Virus record (IMG/VR): IMGVR_UViG_3300031673_016569
Span: 3,185-67,184 of that record
Source of the DNA: a virus
Length of the DNA stretch: 64,000 nucleotides
Reading direction: 5' to 3' (one strand)
The translations under genes and the position numbers were made by a program. Of this stretch, positions 58,422-64,000 are shown piece after piece; position 1 is the stretch's first letter; every line of letters begins with the position of its first letter. The notes below the pieces were generated by a model. That model saw only the letters and a list, made by a program, of their open reading frames with translations. It had not been told where the DNA came from and searched no databases.

Positions 58422-59075
58422 ATGGACGCGGCGGCGGCCTTGGATATTCATGAAGCGGAACTCGCGCGGTGGCTTTTCACTGCGTGGACACCCGCTCGGC
58501 TGCTCGCTTCCGAACTGGGATTCGGATGTGATACCCGCTTGGCATTCCGCATTGATCCTTCGAGTCTGGCAGGTATCGGCGCCGCGCCCGGTGATATCGA
58601 TGTTCTCGCAATCGATCACGCGCACCCCGATCAGGCGACTGCGATCGAGGTCAAACGGGTGAAGCTGCGGCCAGAAGCTTATCTAACCGCGCAACCTAAC
58701 AAGCTGCAGGAACTGGACAAGGGTTGCCGGCAAGCAGGGCTTCTGCGGAGCATGGGTTTTTGTCGATCCTATCTTTTGGTGGCAGTGGTCGCCGATGGAC
58801 GCGAGCAGACGGACGTGGGTTTTCCTTTTCGGGGGCCGCCTCCCGCACTCGTCAGGGTCGTGCGCGACAAGCTGCGCAGCTTGCCGTTTCATTCTGATGT
58901 CGGCGTTGTCGTGGTCGAGGTCACGCAGCCTGTCGACAAGGACATTCAGGACAGCGGTGCCATCGGCATCTGGACGCATCAGCATGCTCAGGGAACCGAG
59001 CAGGACTCGGCCCTGACGGACAGGCTTAGAGCCTTTCTGAAGGTCCACGATTCGTCACCACGCGATTCGGACTAG
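58422..59075 (+). CDS. PD-(D/E)xK nuclease-like protein
   Basis: GDIDVL...AIEVKR...Q. Confidence 0.68.
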   Translation: MDAAAALDIHEAELARWLFTAWTPARLLASELGFGCDTRLAFRIDPSSLAGIGAAPGDIDVLAIDHAHPDQATAIEVKRVKLRPEAYLTAQPNKLQELDKGCRQAGLLRSMGFCRSYLLVAVVADGREQTDVGFPFRGPPPALVRVVRDKLRSLPFHSDVGVVVVEVTQPVDKDIQDSGAIGIWTHQHAQGTEQDSALTDRLRAFLKVHDSSPRDSD

Positions 59076-59086
59076 TCTCGGAGGGC

Positions 59087-60175
59087 GTGATGAGACGATT
59101 GAACGATTTGCTTACGCCAGGGCAGTTGACTGACATCGAAGGCGCACCGCTCATCATGGGAACGAGGCATCCCACGTGGTTTCCCCTTTTCTCTGAGAAA
59201 TCTCGCGCCATTGACCATCTCGTGCACGAGGCGGTTGCGAAGATTCATCATGAGCCTAAGGGTGATGGATGGTTGAAGGACCTTGTGCCACGGCTCGTGG
59301 ATGTCGCGGATGCCAGTGGCGGCTCCTCTGCGTTGGCAGAGCTCCGCGCGTATGGCGGCCTGCTGGAGGCTGGATTCTCAGTTGAGCCGATCCCATGCAG
59401 GGATGACAGCACGCCGGACTTCCGGGTAGACGCAGGGGACGGGCCGATCACCGTGGAGGTGTTCGCCAAGCATCAGGACAAGGAGCAGGACCGCCTGCTC
59501 GAAGCGATCAACAAGCCAGGTGAGCGGCTCCCCGATGGCGTCGAGCGCCACGTCCATACCGCGGGTTCGCGCAGTGTCACCACGACGATGGCTGAGTTGG
59601 CGCCAGCCGGCAGACCAGACCCTACAAAGCCCTTTGACAGTATCCAGGCGAACTTCGTCAGCCGGGTCTGCGCGATCAAGCAAGCGGAGCACCAGCTACC
59701 CCAGGACGAGCCGGCACTTCTCATCATCGATTTCGCCCACTTCGGCGGTCCACATGTCGCCGAGTTCCTCGAGCCAGGACAGGCCACGCCAATCGAAAGC
59801 GGCCATCGCGGCATTACATGCGGCGCAATCTGGTATGCGATGTACGGATGGAGGGGGGCGCTCCTGTTTGAGGAAAGCTCGCACAGGCTCGTCCGAATGG
59901 GGCATGACGGCCGCTTTCGCCTCGCGGGATCGAAGACCACCAAGCTTTCAGGGGTCCTGGCGGTGTTTTACGAGGGTGCGGTGTTGCTCGAGAATCCTTG
60001 GGCAGCGCATCGAATTCCCGATCGGACACGGCTGGCGCTGTCCCGGTACCCGTGGTTCGATCTGTCGCGGTCGGTCGCCGACTGGCACCCAGGCGACGCG
60101 TCGAAGCAGATCGATTTGCAGCGGCGCATGATCGAGATTTTCGAACGGGATCGCTCGCGCTTCGAATTCGAGTAG
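59087..60175 (+). CDS. PD-(D/E)xK-like hypothetical protein
   Basis: AEL......L, TPDF.V.....VEV..K. Confidence 0.65.
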   Translation: MMRRLNDLLTPGQLTDIEGAPLIMGTRHPTWFPLFSEKSRAIDHLVHEAVAKIHHEPKGDGWLKDLVPRLVDVADASGGSSALAELRAYGGLLEAGFSVEPIPCRDDSTPDFRVDAGDGPITVEVFAKHQDKEQDRLLEAINKPGERLPDGVERHVHTAGSRSVTTTMAELAPAGRPDPTKPFDSIQANFVSRVCAIKQAEHQLPQDEPALLIIDFAHFGGPHVAEFLEPGQATPIESGHRGITCGAIWYAMYGWRGALLFEESSHRLVRMGHDGRFRLAGSKTTKLSGVLAVFYEGAVLLENPWAAHRIPDRTRLALSRYPWFDLSRSVADWHPGDASKQIDLQRRMIEIFERDRSRFEFE

Positions 60176-60226
60176 CCCGGACGCTGTGTCTGATATCTGC
60201 AGCGGTTCAAAACTGGTCCTGAGCCG

Positions 60227-63200
60227 ATGACCGACGAACAACCGAATACCCCCGATATCGATGCTCTCCTCGCCGCGATGGCGCCCCCGCGCATCCCCGA
60301 ACAGGGGTTCGGCCCGGACAATCCCGATCTATTTCATCTCCGGGGTTGGAGCAAGATCCATGCGGCAACGATGCTTGCGGGCCTCGCCACCGTACCTGAC
60401 TTTCATGCGAATGACATCCGCCTGGATTGGCTGCTGCGGCTGGTCCTGGCCAAGGCCGAAGGCCATGCCAAGGTTCAGCCGGCCCAGTTGGAGCGGGCAC
60501 TCAATGCCGGGCTCGCCCAAGCGAAGGTATTGAGAGCCGAAGATCCGGTTGAAGATTTGTTCTGCGATCGCATCGCGACTTCCCGCGGGAACTTTCGAAT
60601 TATTGCCGGCAGATGGGAGGCGCCCGGTCCCTATACCCAGACGTTGCTTTCGGCCTTCGAAGCGCTGCCAGCCGGTGCACTGAAGGACCGGACCCTGGCA
60701 TCGGTCTACGCGCTCCTTTCGATCAGCGACGAAATCGCCCGCAGGGCAAACCTGCATCGCTTCACACCGTCAGGCGGCGTGGAGATGGGCCAACTGTCGG
60801 TGCCCAGTGCCGATTCGCTCAAGAAAATCTCTCGTCGGGTTGTCTTCACAACCGATGCGCTGAGAAACCTCGGGATAAGCCAAGAGGCGCTGGCTCCATT
60901 CGTTCTTCGACAGGAGCAATTTTCCTACACCGGCATCGCGCCTCGCGGCGAGTCGCCCCTTGAGCTGCATCCACTCATCGAGCACCATAACGGCATCGCG
61001 GTGGTATCCCCAACGGGTTTGTCTCTCGCCGCTCGTGCAATAATGGTCAATGCTGCAAAGCTCGGCGGAGTCGAGCGCCCGCTGCTGGCGGGCCTGATGA
61101 TTGCCCAGGAGAAATACGCTGAAATAGCCGGCTTCTGGAATGGCCCCCTTTCGTTGCCGGCGCCAGACGCCCATTTCGTCCGCGCGGCGATCGTCCGAAC
61201 CGGGAGCGGGCGATATCTGCAGGTGATACAGGTTCCGTCGACATTCGAGTATTTCCCTCAGCGCTTGTTTTCAGCCGTGGCGGAGATCGCGGCGGAAGTG
61301 AATCAAGCAATCGCCGATCACGTCATGGCCTTCTATAACTTCGTAGGCGGCCGCTCGGACTACCGTGAAGCGACCACATTGCTGTTGACAAGCGGCTGGG
61401 GTGCGCCCTACAGCGTGGAGCCGCCGATCGACGGAAGCCGAGTGCCTCGAAACTGGCGATTCTTGGCATTGAGCTTCTTCGAGGCATCAGTGCTCGGTGC
61501 TTGCGCTGATGGAAAGCTGCGGGATTTCCTTCGCATCAACGCCCAGAAGGAACGGCTGGAGGCGGACGGATTCGCATTCGAGAACCCGAACGGTCCCGTC
61601 AATCTTTTTGGGTTCTGGCGCGATACGCGGAACAACCTCATCCCGGAGCACATGACGGACCTCGAGCCACCCTTTGGTCTGATGCTCCCCGTCGACAGTC
61701 TCCGCGAGCCACACATCGAAGCCGCCCGGCGCAAGGATCTCCAAGCAATGCCCTATATCGACGGCACCTACCGATGGGTACAGCGAGAGAACTGGGACGA
61801 TCACGACCGGCTCCAGCCGATCTATGCGAGCCTCGACGACATCGTTCATCGTCGGCTGCTGGGCGCAATCGTAATCAAGGAGCGCGTCTGGTGGCTCGAA
61901 TCGCTGGATGTCGATGGTGCCTCGCGGGAATGGCGGTACCGGCTGTGGCACGCGATGCTCCAGTGGCTTGAGGCGATCGGGCCGCAATTGATCGAACGCT
62001 TCCCCAACAGCTTTCCCCGTGGTCCACGCTGTGTTGGACTCTCTGTGCCAACCGACACGGAGTTTCAGAGCATCGGCGACCTTCCGGCGGATAGCGCGAA
62101 TCTTGCGAAGGCCGTGGTAGTCACCCCTGCGCAAGCGAACGCGCCGGCTGCGGTGGCCGTGACTGGTCTTTGGCTCTCCCACGTCCGCAGGCAGGAGAAT
62201 GACGCGGAGGTCGAGCTGGTCGCCGCGATTCTGGACCAGTTGGCCGCAGCCGGGCCCAGTAGGCTCTCCAGGGACGCGCTGCGCGGTACCGTCAAAGCGT
62301 CCATTGGCTCGCAGCATTGGCGCTGGACTCATGCCGGTGTTGCCTTGACTCCTCTCGATCGCATGGGCGCGCAGGGTCTGCTCGGGTCGTTCAAGGCCAT
62401 TCCAAAGTCCGCTCTGGCTTTCGCCAGGTGCGGCTCTATCTGGCGGTTTTACTCCAGAGCGGCTGGAGTGGAGATTGTCGGCGAGGTGCCTTGCATGGAG
62501 TTCCTCGCCCGCTATCGCGCCAGCATGCTCGACGCGTTGATCGACAAGATTCGAGCCTTCAATCGCACCGAGTTGGTCCTCCTTGCCGCTGGACGCTATC
62601 AGGGGTCGCGCCACGAGCAATCATCGTGGCGACGAGCGATACGAGCCATGCGGGCGATTCAAGGTAAAGCGGCCGATCAGCACGCTTTTGAACGCCAGAG
62701 CGAGATGAATGCGGTTCAGCGCGCGGCGAAATCTGTCATGGAGATCGCTGCCTGCGAGGCTCAGGCCAACGGCGGGGTGTCACCGGATCAGCATGACCTC
62801 GACGACTTGTTCGCGACCGCGCTACTGCTTTTGGGCAACGGACAGCTGCTTTCCTCAATTCGAGCTGGTCTCGTTGAACCTCGACTTAAGATTAGCCCGG
62901 CAGGAGACCTGCTCAGCAACCGCAGCTTGGTGGACGCGACCATGCGTCCGGGCGCTGAATGGAAGAACACTCAGACACTTGACGAAGCGGACCAATCCTA
63001 CGGGCGGGACCGATCGCTAGAGATCGCGGCTCGCCAGCGAGAGCCGCTTGATACCAAGCTTCGCGCTGCGATCGAGGCCGAGTACCAGATAGCTGCAGAA
63101 GCTTTTGTAGATTTACAGTATGCAGTCGTGGCGGTCGCCTTGGCTGCTCGGCAAGAGGTCCTGTTCGTGCATCGCTCGGAGCTTGCCCGCGCTTTGGCGG

Positions 63201-64000
63201 CTGATGCGTCGTTCTCTCATGAGGACCTGACGCCGCTTCTGTCTCGCCTTACCCTTTCAAAGCGCGAGTCGTGGCGCGAAATTCCCGCCGATCGCAAGGC
63301 GATTGATTTCGATCTCAGCAGGTTCGATAGGGCGTTTTCATTGATCGGACGCCCATTGCTCGCGCTGGATGACGATGCCGATCCGACCGTGTTGGTTGCA
63401 CCGTTGCTGGTCAGTGACTCAACGATGTACTCGTTGTCGGGACTCATGGATGGCTCGCTGCAGAATCAGTTCTGGACGTCCGATATTGCCCGACGTTACG
63501 TGGGAGAGGTCGCCGCGGCGGCGGGGCCCCGGTTCGAGGAATCGGTCGCGGAGAAAGTGCGAGGTCTCGGCCTCCGGGCATGGGTGCGGTGCAAGCTCTC
63601 TTGGGCGTTGAATCAAAAGGTCGGCCAGGAGCTTGGCGATGTCGATGTACTGGCAGTCAGCCCGGACGGCCGCCGCGTGTGGGTCATCGAAGCCAAGAAC
63701 CTGCGGCTATGTAGATCGGAGATCGAAGTGGCGTCCAGACTCTATGAATACCGCGGCCGCACGACAATGGATCGCAAGGGGAAGGAGGTCCCGGACGCAC
63801 TTCTGCGACACATTCGCAGGGTCCGCTATCTACGCGAGCGCAATGAAGCCTTGTGCCATCGGCTGGAACTGCAGGCGCCGCCCGACGTGCGCGGACTGCT
63901 TGTCGTTGATTCCCCACAGCCGATGAACTTCCACATGCTCGAAAAGATTGAGGACGCCGAGAGCGCATTTCTCGGCGCTATCGACAAGTTCAAGTTTTGA
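60227..64000 (+). CDS. 1257-aa protein with C-terminal PD-(D/E)xK (NERD-like) nuclease
   Basis: G..FE..V, GDVDVLA....VIEAK...H..R; TGA at 63998-64000. Confidence 0.8.
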   Translation: MTDEQPNTPDIDALLAAMAPPRIPEQGFGPDNPDLFHLRGWSKIHAATMLAGLATVPDFHANDIRLDWLLRLVLAKAEGHAKVQPAQLERALNAGLAQAKVLRAEDPVEDLFCDRIATSRGNFRIIAGRWEAPGPYTQTLLSAFEALPAGALKDRTLASVYALLSISDEIARRANLHRFTPSGGVEMGQLSVPSADSLKKISRRVVFTTDALRNLGISQEALAPFVLRQEQFSYTGIAPRGESPLELHPLIEHHNGIAVVSPTGLSLAARAIMVNAAKLGGVERPLLAGLMIAQEKYAEIAGFWNGPLSLPAPDAHFVRAAIVRTGSGRYLQVIQVPSTFEYFPQRLFSAVAEIAAEVNQAIADHVMAFYNFVGGRSDYREATTLLLTSGWGAPYSVEPPIDGSRVPRNWRFLALSFFEASVLGACADGKLRDFLRINAQKERLEADGFAFENPNGPVNLFGFWRDTRNNLIPEHMTDLEPPFGLMLPVDSLREPHIEAARRKDLQAMPYIDGTYRWVQRENWDDHDRLQPIYASLDDIVHRRLLGAIVIKERVWWLESLDVDGASREWRYRLWHAMLQWLEAIGPQLIERFPNSFPRGPRCVGLSVPTDTEFQSIGDLPADSANLAKAVVVTPAQANAPAAVAVTGLWLSHVRRQENDAEVELVAAILDQLAAAGPSRLSRDALRGTVKASIGSQHWRWTHAGVALTPLDRMGAQGLLGSFKAIPKSALAFARCGSIWRFYSRAAGVEIVGEVPCMEFLARYRASMLDALIDKIRAFNRTELVLLAAGRYQGSRHEQSSWRRAIRAMRAIQGKAADQHAFERQSEMNAVQRAAKSVMEIAACEAQANGGVSPDQHDLDDLFATALLLLGNGQLLSSIRAGLVEPRLKISPAGDLLSNRSLVDATMRPGAEWKNTQTLDEADQSYGRDRSLEIAARQREPLDTKLRAAIEAEYQIAAEAFVDLQYAVVAVALAARQEVLFVHRSELARALAADASFSHEDLTPLLSRLTLSKRESWREIPADRKAIDFDLSRFDRAFSLIGRPLLALDDDADPTVLVAPLLVSDSTMYSLSGLMDGSLQNQFWTSDIARRYVGEVAAAAGPRFEESVAEKVRGLGLRAWVRCKLSWALNQKVGQELGDVDVLAVSPDGRRVWVIEAKNLRLCRSEIEVASRLYEYRGRTTMDRKGKEVPDALLRHIRRVRYLRERNEALCHRLELQAPPDVRGLLVVDSPQPMNFHMLEKIEDAESAFLGAIDKFKF

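Larger units (their letters stand above)
51431..64000. mobile_element. Second tandem genomic island, extending beyond the window
   Basis: Own integrase and Xis abutting the same att site, followed by non-core nuclease-like cargo. Confidence 0.75.

Overview
High-GC window, probably from a betaproteobacterium (inferred from protein families). About 51 kb of it is one integrated phage-like element, mostly on the minus strand, whose right end is a 49-bp 3' fragment of tRNA-Arg(ACG) at 51382-51430; its left att is not in the window. It has a compact satellite-like early module (integrase, AlpA/Xis-type HTH, primase, AAA_25 helicase, iteron cluster, Q-like regulator), an HK97-type head module (fused protease-capsid followed by the portal) and a siphovirus tail with a -1 frameshifting chaperone and a GTA-type tip. 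I found no CI repressor or lysis cassette. Cargo includes a Dcm/MORC-REase/Vsr restriction-modification cassette, a ParA-led three-gene cassette, an antisense cluster of antirestriction-type genes with repeat-bounded modules, and a degenerate adenine-MTase plus ParB pair. The most striking feature is three sugar-modifying genes (Maf/DUF115-like transferase, GT9-like transferase, TylF-like O-methyltransferase) coupled inside the head-completion operon, together with a Gly-Ser-Pro motif recurring in several virion proteins. This suggests a phage-encoded virion O-glycosylation system, possibly with its own sequon. Right of the att site, a second tandem island has its own integrase/Xis and six co-oriented genes, five with nuclease-like motifs (candidate defence island). 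All family calls come from motif recognition by eye, without database searches.
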